From Cladosporium halotolerans (lineage: Eukaryota): a stretch of 64,000 nt of DNA. This document shows, one piece after another, positions 23,873 to 33,260 of the stretch. The stretch is from the NCBI RefSeq assembly GCF_011745625.1, contig NW_027191502.1:1-64000 (forward strand), given 5' to 3'. The stretch's first letter is position 1, and each line of letters begins with the position of its first letter. The position numbers and the translations under genes are program-made. Below the pieces are notes generated by a model. The model was not told where the DNA came from. It saw only the letters and a list, made by a program, of their open reading frames with translations, and did not search any database.

Positions 23873-25000
23873 TCACAAAAAGAAAGCAAAGATGGCACCA
23901 ACAAGCCCGAGACCAAAGCCACTCTGCGAACCAATACTGGCAGCAAGTCCAGTGAACGACGGCGTGAGAGAAGTGGTTCCAGTCGGAGTTGCGGAGAGCG
24001 TTGGCGTGAAGGTCACGTTCTGCGGATTTGTGCCATTCTGTGGCGGAGTGGAGGGAACGGTGGTAACAGACGCGACGGTACTGTTGCTGGATCCTAGGTC
24101 GGAAGTCATTGCCGTGCCGTTGGCAGAGGATGTGCCCACGGTGTCCGCAGTGTTGGTGAAGGACGTGGAGGCGGTGGTGCTGGTGGAGAATGGCCAGTGG
24201 AAGGGGATAGACGTAGAAGATCCAGAGACGGAAGACGTCGGGCCTGGGCCGTGGTAAGGAGCAGACGATGGGTAGATGGTCTTGGAAGTGGAGACGGAGG
24301 AAGTCTCAGCTGCTTCCTCATCATCGTCGGCACCACAAGAGGCCTGGATGTACGCATGGGCAGCTACAAGTGGAAAAGTCAGCATCAATTCGTGGCTACG
24401 TTCATGACAAACTTGGAAGTCGTACCATCAAGCTCGTTCCGACAAGTCAGTCTTGCGCTGCGTCCGCCGCGGAAGACGCATTGTCCGTTGCTCAGTTCTC
24501 CGACGTCCGCACCACCTGCTTCGCCCAAGCAATCCACTTCCGAGAACACCATGATGCGGCACCCATTGCTCGCCCGGATGCGGGAGACGCCTTGCGGAAG
24601 ATAGCTCTTGAAGCCGTACGGGCTCGTGGCACAGCTACCGTTGAGCGGCAGGGTGACAGACGATCCCTCAGCCTCGGAATCGAGACTAGGACCATAGGCT
24701 TGCTGGCACGCATATTCGGCTTTGGGAGTGACAGAAACGTCGAGGCTAGCGATGAGGTTCTGAGTTGCAAGTTGATTCGGACAGAGTCTGGTCAGGCAAG
24801 GAGTGAGGTCTGAAAGTGCAGATGGAGCACAGAGCGTAGTCTTGGCTTCAGTGAGACAAGTTTCCTTGTTGTCTTGTCAGTGCGTGGTACGTATCTGAAG
24901 ATACGAGTTGATGAAGACTCACAAGGCAGAATGGAGTGTCTTCATGAGAGGTGACCGTGTGCAAAATGGCGAAGATGATGAGAGCAAGCGTGAAGACCAT
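23873..25000 (-). CDS. Secreted Cys-rich, Ser/Thr-rich GPI-anchored protein (CFEM-like)
   Basis: Exons 25000-24923, 24864-24426 and 24363-23873. Signal peptide MVFTLALIIFAILHTVTS, 12 Cys, S/T-rich stalk and GPI-type end (FTGLAASIGSQSGFGLGLVGAIFAFFL). Confidence 0.8.
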
Positions 25001-26168
25001 GACAGGCGATCGATCGATTGTGCGAGAGTGAGAAGGGGTTCGACGACTGAACGAGTGGATGCTCCGGCGCTCGTGAAGGGTAATGAGTGTAGGAGGAAGA
25101 AGGTAAGGTTGATGAAGCGGAATAGAAGAGCACGAGAAAGGAGGTACGCGACGACGTTCATGTGCCTACTGTTCCTGTCCTGCTCGGCAGGTAGGAGCGT
25201 TTGCCCAGTTGTTGGGAAAGCGCAGGGCGTGTCCATGAGCCGTTGTAAGCTTTCATGAACCAGAAGGAAAGGCCGACTCGCTATTTCTACAGAGTAAAGA
25301 GCTCGGGAGGATAAGGTACTCACCATACTAGAATGATGGGTGTCGGCGTTGTTGTGGCGTGTTGTTGAATCCAGACAATTTGATGAGCGAAGGTGCTGTG
25401 GATTTGCGAGCACATCCCTACCTTGACATCTCCTCTACCGTCTCGAAGCATAAGGTACGCTGTCGCAATGTGCAGCGCGCAAGCCGATTGCAGCCACTCA
25501 TCACGACTGGCCATGCCTCATCACTACCACACTCTCCTACGAATGACTTCTTCGAAGTTCAAGTCATGCGCAACTGCCACCCAACGCACAGTGACAGGAA
25601 TGTATCTCGTCGTTGCAAGGTAGCCGTCGAAACTTGTCAAGTGTGAATAATGTGATGTATCCTCGTGGCATTCGCAAGCATATAGGCCGGCATAATCCCG
25701 GGCACACAGAAGTGCGGTCTTTCCACGTGGTGCACTTAGCTGGCTTGCTCATGCAAAGGGTAAACCAGGGCAATTTAGTGTCAAATGTCAATGCCGGATT
25801 TCCGCATAAATGTCCAGTCGGTGAATTGCATCTAAGAGCGCCACGCCTAGATCTTTGGGCGCCTGAATGACGCCAACACTCGACGAGGCGATCTTCTCGG
25901 TTTGATACCAGCCTAAGCCACTGGTTGTGCCCCCTGGGTGGAGACACCACCTCAAAAATGACTGTAAATATTATTTCGGAACGGCAAGAGTGATCGTCCG
26001 AGCAGAATGCTGACCGATGATGCTGTCTGCATTGCCACATTAATTGTTGTTGCCGGTTGCGAGCCATCAGCCTCATGTGCAGGCTGAGTCTCGATCCGCA
26101 GGAATGGAGAAAGGCGGAGGAAGATCGGAGTGGCATAGACTTTGCCCTCGGCATCTCGCTGGTCCATT

Positions 26169-26188
26169 AATGCGTTGCCTGTGATTGG
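26169..26188 (-). promoter_or_regulatory. Candidate CBC:HapX bipartite site (CCAAT-N12-ATT) upstream of SDH1
   Basis: Minus strand CCAAT CACAGGCAACGC ATT matches CSAAT-N12-RWT, about 150 bp upstream of the SDH1 ATG. Confidence 0.5.
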
Positions 26189-26335
26189 TCAATCAGCTGG
26201 AGCATCATCGACTTTCACGACTTCACTCCGCTGCTGCCGACATCTCCCCTAACACCTCGTTATCTCCCCCATATACCCTCCGGCGTTGTCCTTGTCGCTG
26301 CAGCAGGCCGCAGCCCTTTCCCTCTCCGCTCCACC

Positions 26336-28337
26336 ATGTATTCGTCCGGTCTGAGGCAGTTTGGCGCCGCCTCGAGGCTCTCGCGCCAGCTTCAGGTCCG
26401 CAACTTCTCTCGCACCACACCTGCGAAGAAGATCATCACTCCCAATGGCCCTCTGCGCGCGAAGGAGGCCTCGCCCCTCATCAACAACAAGTACCCCATC
26501 ATCGACCACGAGTATGATGCCCTCGTCGTTGGCGCTGGTGGTGCCGGTCTGCGCGCCGCTTTCGGTCTCGCTGAGGCCGGCTTCAACACTGCTTGCATTT
26601 CGAAGCTCTTCCCGACCAGATCACACACCGTCGCCGCCCAGGGTGGTATCAACGCTGCGCTAGGAAACATGCACAAGGATGACTGGAGGTGGCACATGTA
26701 CGACACTGTCAAGGGTTCGGATTGGCTTGGAGACCAGGACGCCATCCATTACATGACAAGAGAGGCACCCGCGTCCGTTATCGAGCTTGAGAACTACGGC
26801 TGCCCCTTCTCACGAACGGACGACGGCAGAATCTACCAGCGTGCGTTCGGTGGTCAGTCCCAGGACTACGGTAAGGGTGGTCAGGCATACCGTTGCTGCG
26901 CCGCCGCCGACCGTACTGGACACGCTCTTCTGCACACTCTCTACGGCCAGTCGCTCAGGCACAACACCAACTACTTCATTGAGTTCTTCGCCATCGACCT
27001 AATCATGGAGGACGGCGAGTGCAAGGGTGTCATTGCCTACAACCAGGAGGATGGTACTCTCCACCGTTTCCGCTCTCACCACACCGTCCTGGCCACTGGT
27101 GGCTACGGTCGTGCGTACTTCTCTTGCACTTCTGCCCACACTTGCACTGGTGACGGTATGGCTATGGTTGCTCGTGCTGGTCTGCCCAACCAGGATCTGG
27201 AGTTCGTTCAGTTCCACCCTACTGGTATCTACGGCGCTGGTTGCTTGATCACCGAGGGTTCCCGTGGTGAGGGTGGATACCTGCTCAACAGCGAGGGTGA
27301 GCGTTTCATGGAGCGTTACGCCCCTACCGCCAAGGATCTTGCGTCGCGTGACGTTGTCAGCCGCAGCATGACCATGGAGATCCGCGAGGGCCGTGGTGTT
27401 GGCCCCGAGAAGGACCACATCTACCTCCAGCTTTCTCACCTGCCCGCCGAGATTCTCCACGAGCGTCTGCCCGGTATCTCTGAGACTGCCTCCATTTTCG
27501 CCGGTGTCGATGTCACCAAGCAGCCCATTCCCGTCCTTCCCACCGTTCACTACAACATGGGTGGTATCCCCACCAAGTACACCGGTGAGGTTCTGACCGT
27601 TGACGAGGCTGGCAAGGATAAGGTTGTGCCTGGTCTCTTTGCTTGCGGTGAGGCTGCTTGCGTCTCTGTCCACGGTGCCAACCGTCTCGGTGCCAACTCT
27701 CTTCTCGATCTGATCGTCTTCGGCCGCGCTGTCTCTCACACCATCCGCGACAACTTCTCTCCCGGCAAGCCCCACAAGCCCCTCGACGCCGCCGCTGGCG
27801 CTGAGGCTATCAGCACTGTCGACGAGATCCGCACTGCCGACGGTCCTAAGAGCACCAACGAGGTCCGCAACGCCATGCAGAAGGTCATGCAGACCGATGT
27901 CTCCGTTTTCAGGACTGAGGAGTCCCTCCAGGAGGGTGTCAAGAAGTAAGTTGATTCTAGCCCATCATTTTCATGTCGAACAAATATGCTAATACTTTCT
28001 CTCCAGGATCCACGACGTTGACCAGATGTTCTCTCAGGTCGGCACCAAGGACCGCAGCATGATCTGGAACTCTGACCTTGTTGAGACCCTTGAGCTCCGC
28101 AACCTTCTCACCTGCGCCGTCCAGACCGCTGAGGCGGCCGCCAACCGCAAGGAGTCCCGTGGCGCTCACGCCCGCGAGGACTACCCCGACCGTGACGACG
28201 AGAACTGGATGAAGCACACTCTCACCTGGCAGAAGAAGCCCCACGGTGAGACCAAGCTCGGCTACCGTGAGGTCGTTGGCCACACTCTTGATGAGAACGA
28301 GTGCAAGAGCGTTCCTCCTTTCGCTCGCAAGTACTAG
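26336..28337 (+). CDS. SDH1: Succinate dehydrogenase flavoprotein subunit
   Basis: Mitochondrial presequence, [22 protein letters not shown] (FAD-His), [13 protein letters not shown] and [12 protein letters not shown]. Intron 27946-28006. Strong codon bias. Confidence 0.98.
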
Positions 28338-28977
28338 ATGGTTTGCATGGAATTGTATGTGATCTTTTAGTGCCTTGGGGAGGATGGCAAATTCTTATGT
28401 CCAGCTAGCCAAATTTTTTCTAAGTCTTCAGAGCGGTTTCATTTTATCAATCTAGCATGGGTAGTCTCGATTACCGTTTTTCCACCGTGCCATTTGACAG
28501 CGGGGCGGCAAGGGTGGGCCAACGCAACACCACACCCCGTGCCATTCCCCGGCCAGAGGCTTTCGGACGATCAGCGCGGACCCGCTGTATCGGCGGGGCC
28601 TGCCTGCCTTAGTGCTGTCTTGAGTCGTTGTAAAGCTCGCCGTGACGAGAGAAGACCAAAGTCCATTCCCTGACAGCTGTCACGCCCTGTGTTCCTCTTC
28701 TCACACGCCGACTGGGTCCTACCTTAGTGGGGAGAGTCGATCTTTGTTGCTACTTCGCGCTGGCGTATCGTCTGTTCCTTTCTTCAGATTCCTCAAACCC
28801 TGAGAGACCAAGGCTCTTATCGCACGTTCGGGGAAGCTTGATATCAATTTATTTCTACAGATTTTCTTCGCTACTGTAACCCTACACACCAAGCCGCACG
28901 ACAATCTCTTGTGCGACGCGAAACCGGTGCAACAACGCGGGACGCTCGCTTCTCAACCGAAGCCAGAAATCACAGCC

Positions 28978-31900
28978 ATGATGCAGCGCAACGCAGCAAA
29001 CCCGTCCTTCCACCCCGCCCACCTCACCCCGGGCGACAGCGACGACGAGAGCCAGTCAGACCTCGCCGTATCTTCTGGCGATGACGATAGCGACGACGAA
29101 GCGCGCGAGCTGACACACGAGTCGAGCGGCCTTTCGCGCCGCGCGACTGCAGACCTCGAACACGAGCGTCAGGCGGAGGGAAGAGAGGGACGTCTGCAAG
29201 ACGAGCCGCTGTCTAGAAGCGCGACGCTGGAGGGCGAGGGACCAGTTCTCCTCAACCGTGATAGACAGAAGAGGACCACACACTACAACTATCAGCTGGA
29301 GAAGCAAATGAGCCACGTCGAGGCAAAGCAGTTCTATCAGAACCAGAGGGGTGGGGCGAGTAGCACGGCGCTGCTCGACGGGCAACCGAGCCAGAGCCAG
29401 AGCCACACTCCTGTTGCGGCCCGCAGTCCGCAGACGAAGAGCAGGACGTTCTCGAGCTATGCGGGCGGCGACGCGAACGCTTTCTCGCGCTCGGGCAGTC
29501 TGAGGAGCTTGAAGAGTGCTGGATACAAGAGTGCGCTGCCGCTGGGCCTGAGCGATCCAAACAAGCACCCCAATGCTGCGAGTGTACAGACTCCTGGCTT
29601 GGGGCTCTTCGAGCAGTCGCAGTACCCAATGCCTCCCCAGCCGGGCCCACCGCAGGCTGAAGCGCTTGAGAAGGCCAAGGACGGATATTGGAACGCAGAC
29701 CGCGCGGCCGAGTCGCACAGCCATCATCCAGGCGTGCCTCACGAGCCCAAGCCTCTGCTCGAGAAAGAGGGCATCCACGGCGCTGGAGCGGGTGTGGGCA
29801 TCGAGTCGGCGAACGATAGCAGCGTGACGACGGAGCTGCAGACAATCTACAGCAACATTCAGAAGGTGATGGACATTCGGCACAAGTATATCCGCCTCTC
29901 ACTACAAGGGCCCGAGGACAACCCGCGCGACGAGTCTGGGTGGAACATTTACCCGCCTATGCCAGAGCCGGTCTGGAGCCAGGATGGGCGGCGAAGTGGT
30001 GCGCAGGCCGAGAACAGCACAGACAAGGCTAGCACAGACAGCGCTGGGATCACTCCGAAACCGAAGTCGAAGGACGGCGGGCCTAGGAAATTCCGTAAAA
30101 TGGGCCACGACATCGGCGAGGACTTTGAGCTCGAAGACTGCCTGCCGGTGCCTGGTGAAGAGGAGATGACATACAAGCTTGACCCGACCGGCGTCTACCA
30201 GGTTTATGAGACCACGGAGTCGTCCGATCTCCACGAGCCCATTATCCACATTCCCACCATTCGCGAATTCTACATGGATCTGGATCAGATCCTGAACGTT
30301 TCATCTGACGGACCAAGCAAGAGTTTCGCTTTCCGCCGCTTGCAATATCTCGAGGGCAAGTTCAACTTGTATGTTCTGCTCAACGAGTACCAAGAAGTAG
30401 CAGATACGAAGGCAGTGCCTCATCGTGACTTTTACAATGTGAGAAAGGTCGACACGCACGTTCACCACTCAGCGTGTATGAACCAGAAACATTTGCTTCG
30501 CTTTATCAAGAGCAAGATGAAGAAGAGCCCTGACGAGATCGTCTTGTTCAGAGATGGCAAGCACTTGACCTTGAAGGAGGTTTTCGAGTCGATTAACTTG
30601 ACGGCTTACGATCTCTCCATCGATACCCTGGACATGCACGCCCACGTCGACTCTTTCCACCGCTTCGACAAGTTCAACTTGAAGTACAACCCTGTCGGAG
30701 AGAGTAGGTTGCGTACCATCTTCCTGAAGACCGACAACTACATCCACGGTCGCTACCTTGCCGAGATCACCAAGGAAGTGATCAGCGATTTGGAGAGCAG
30801 CAAGTACCAGATGGTTGAATGGCGTATTTCCATTTATGGTCGCTCGATTGATGAGTGGGATAAGCTTGCCGCTTGGGTTGTCGACAACAAGCTCTTCTCT
30901 CCTAACGTCCGCTGGCTCATTCAGGTTCCCCGTCTCTTCGATGTGTACAAGTCGTCCAACTTGATGGATAACTTCGAGCAGATCGTAGTCAACCTCTTCC
31001 AGCCTTTGTTTGAAGTTACCAAGAACCCATCCGCGCACCCCAAACTGCACGTCTTCCTGCAGCGTGTGATTGGTTTTGATACGGTGGACGATGAGAGCAA
31101 GACGGAGCGCCGAATTTACCGCAAGTTTCCACTGCCCAAGGAGTGGAACACCCTGCAGAACCCTCCCTACAGCTACTGGATCTACTACCTGTTCGCAAAT
31201 ATGGCTTCTCTGAACGTCTTCCGTAAGCAGCGCGGCTTCAATACCTTTGTGTTGCGCCCGCACTGTGGTGAGGCCGGCGATGTAGACCACCTTGCTGCTG
31301 CTCTGCTGTGCTGCCATAGTATCAGTCACGGTCTGCTGCTGCGCAAGGTGCCTCTGCTGCAGTACATCTTCTACCTCGAGCAGATCGGCGTTGCCATGAG
31401 TCCACTGAGCAACAACGCTCTGTTCTTGGCTTACGAGCGAAACCCGTTCCTGCAGTACTTCCGTCGTGGTCTGAATGTCAGCTTGTCGACGGATGATCCG
31501 CTGCAATTTGCTTTCACCAAGGAGCCACTGATTGAGGAGTACGCCGTTGCTGCACAGATCTACAAGCTTAGCGCTGTCGATATGTGTGAACTTGCGAAGC
31601 ACTCTGTCGTTCAGAGTGGTTTCGAGCACAGCGTCAAGCAGCGCTGGTTGGGCCAAGACTACCACCTCCCTGGCGTTGCCGGCAACGACATGGCGAAGGT
31701 GAACGTTCAGAGTGGTTTCGAGCACAGCGTCAAGCAGCGCTGGTTGGGCCAAGACTACCACCTCCCTGGCGTTGCCGGCAACGACATGGCGAAGGTGAAC
31801 GTGCCCAACATCCGCGAAGCCTTCAGACACGAGACATGGATGCAAGAAGTGGCCATGATTGACCGCTACTCGCACCCGGTCCAGTCACAGCGCGCATTGA

Positions 31901-32502
31901 GCGTGACGAACCTCCCGCCCGGCGCTTACAACACCAGCACTACCAACACCGGTGCTCCTCCCAGCCCGACGCAGAGCATGAAGACCCACCCCTCCGCTAC
32001 CAACCCTCTCAACGTCGACACAGCGAACTATCGCCCCAACAACAGCTACAGCGGGGCCAACCTCGTTGCAACTCCTCGCCAATACCAGCGCACTCCCCAA
32101 GCCGCCCGCTTCGCCGGCTCCTCTACGGCCGTTCCCGCAGACGGCGAGCATCAAGACGGCTCTGTCTCGCCTACCTCCCAGCGCAAACCTCCTGTCAACC
32201 GTGGCGGCAGCTTGACCTTTCACCCACCTACGCTCGCTTCCCACGAGCCGCCACCCCAACCCTCCGAGCTCCCCGTCTTGAACTCCACGCCCGTGCAGCA
32301 GAGTGGCCCTGCCGTCCACGACTTCGCCACTCTGAGCGCGGAGCCCAAGATCTTCCCTGGCGTGCTCGACAACCGCAGGCGTAGGAGCAGTGTTGCGAAG
32401 AGCGGAGATTTCAGCGACGATATGGCAAGGAGTCAGGAGTTGAGGAGGAGTGTCAGCGAGACGGTCAAGGAGACTGGTATCGAGAGCGAGGGAGATGAGT
32501 GA
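28978..32502 (+). CDS. AMD1: AMP deaminase (contains an exact 32-aa tandem duplication)
   Basis: DFYNVRKVDTHVHHSACMNQKHLLRFI, LRPHCGEAG, SLSTDDPLQF. First ATG at 28978. Confidence 0.97.
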   Translation: MMQRNAANPSFHPAHLTPGDSDDESQSDLAVSSGDDDSDDEARELTHESSGLSRRATADLEHERQAEGREGRLQDEPLSRSATLEGEGPVLLNRDRQKRTTHYNYQLEKQMSHVEAKQFYQNQRGGASSTALLDGQPSQSQSHTPVAARSPQTKSRTFSSYAGGDANAFSRSGSLRSLKSAGYKSALPLGLSDPNKHPNAASVQTPGLGLFEQSQYPMPPQPGPPQAEALEKAKDGYWNADRAAESHSHHPGVPHEPKPLLEKEGIHGAGAGVGIESANDSSVTTELQTIYSNIQKVMDIRHKYIRLSLQGPEDNPRDESGWNIYPPMPEPVWSQDGRRSGAQAENSTDKASTDSAGITPKPKSKDGGPRKFRKMGHDIGEDFELEDCLPVPGEEEMTYKLDPTGVYQVYETTESSDLHEPIIHIPTIREFYMDLDQILNVSSDGPSKSFAFRRLQYLEGKFNLYVLLNEYQEVADTKAVPHRDFYNVRKVDTHVHHSACMNQKHLLRFIKSKMKKSPDEIVLFRDGKHLTLKEVFESINLTAYDLSIDTLDMHAHVDSFHRFDKFNLKYNPVGESRLRTIFLKTDNYIHGRYLAEITKEVISDLESSKYQMVEWRISIYGRSIDEWDKLAAWVVDNKLFSPNVRWLIQVPRLFDVYKSSNLMDNFEQIVVNLFQPLFEVTKNPSAHPKLHVFLQRVIGFDTVDDESKTERRIYRKFPLPKEWNTLQNPPYSYWIYYLFANMASLNVFRKQRGFNTFVLRPHCGEAGDVDHLAAALLCCHSISHGLLLRKVPLLQYIFYLEQIGVAMSPLSNNALFLAYERNPFLQYFRRGLNVSLSTDDPLQFAFTKEPLIEEYAVAAQIYKLSAVDMCELAKHSVVQSGFEHSVKQRWLGQDYHLPGVAGNDMAKVNVQSGFEHSVKQRWLGQDYHLPGVAGNDMAKVNVPNIREAFRHETWMQEVAMIDRYSHPVQSQRALSVTNLPPGAYNTSTTNTGAPPSPTQSMKTHPSATNPLNVDTANYRPNNSYSGANLVATPRQYQRTPQAARFAGSSTAVPADGEHQDGSVSPTSQRKPPVNRGGSLTFHPPTLASHEPPPQPSELPVLNSTPVQQSGPAVHDFATLSAEPKIFPGVLDNRRRRSSVAKSGDFSDDMARSQELRRSVSETVKETGIESEGDE
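31608..31802 (+). repeat. Perfect 96-bp tandem duplication within AMD1
   Basis: 31608-31703 is identical to 31704-31799, followed by CGT microhomology. Confidence 0.97.
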
Positions 32503-32606
32503 AACTTTGGATCGCGAAGGTGATTTCTCGGACTAAGTTCTATGTTTTGTTCGGTCTCTTGGGTTATTGACGTCTGGTGAATAGTATATTTAATGAAGGA
32601 CTACAC

Positions 32607-33079
32607 TACCTCTCTGGGTCAAACCCGCTTTCACATGCGTCTTGCTTCGAGGCAGTCACGAATACTAATCTCATTGAACGGAAATACTAAGCTGCTGCCG
32701 TCAACGTCTGTTTCACGCGGATCTTGCCTTCAAGCTTTTGCGACTCATTCCTTTATCGACAGTGAATCATGAGCTGCGGCCATCGACGCCCGTTTCACTC
32801 GGATCTCGCGTGCAGATAGTTCTATGCATCCCTCAATCGGATGCATTTCCTAACCTGCAGCGACAGACGCCCGTCTCACTCAAGCATCGTGTCTAAGCAT
32901 CTTCAAAGAAACGTTGTCTCATCATCGAAAGTGAAGTGAGACTGCGGCCGCAAATTTTGACTTCACTCGGATCTTGCTTTTATGTGATCATGGATCGTTC
33001 GTCGCTCCGTCTCTCCATCCTTGCCTCAAATATGATCGCAAAGCTGCGGCCATCGGCGCCCAATTCACCCACCCTTCCC
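32607..33079 (+). repeat. Degenerate array of ~39-bp motifs (consensus ~AAGCTGCGGCCATCGACGCCCGTTTCACTCGGATCTTGC)
   Basis: Copies start at ~32607 (weak), 32689, 32771, 32852, 32939 and 33041. Copies 32689 and 32771 match at 31/39 positions without gaps. Confidence 0.75.
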
Positions 33080-33260
33080 GTGACCACTGAGAGCCGTGGA
33101 AGGTCTGCGCTTCATTCGCGTGTCTTTTGTTGATTCATTCGTGTGCGTCGCTGGGTTGCACCTTCCTTTCTTGTTGCCTCAAGGTGAAATATTGCTCTTG
33201 GAGCTACTCATTTACAACGCGTTTCACGACCACCTTCGTCAACGGACGATCACCACACCT

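Noticed and set aside
28909..28977. Non-ATG N-terminal extensions given by the ORF track (AMD1, also 33096 and 57503)
   Set aside because: These start at TTG/GTG, and good-context ATGs lie shortly downstream.
30469..31875. 468-aa minus-strand ORF
   Set aside because: Antisense shadow of AMD1.
32607..33079. Interpretation as a true CRISPR array or hammerhead/twister ribozyme array
   Set aside because: Eukaryotic context, no cas genes, repeats too degenerate and spacers partly homologous. No CTGANGA/GAAA hammerhead core or complete twister consensus found by eye.
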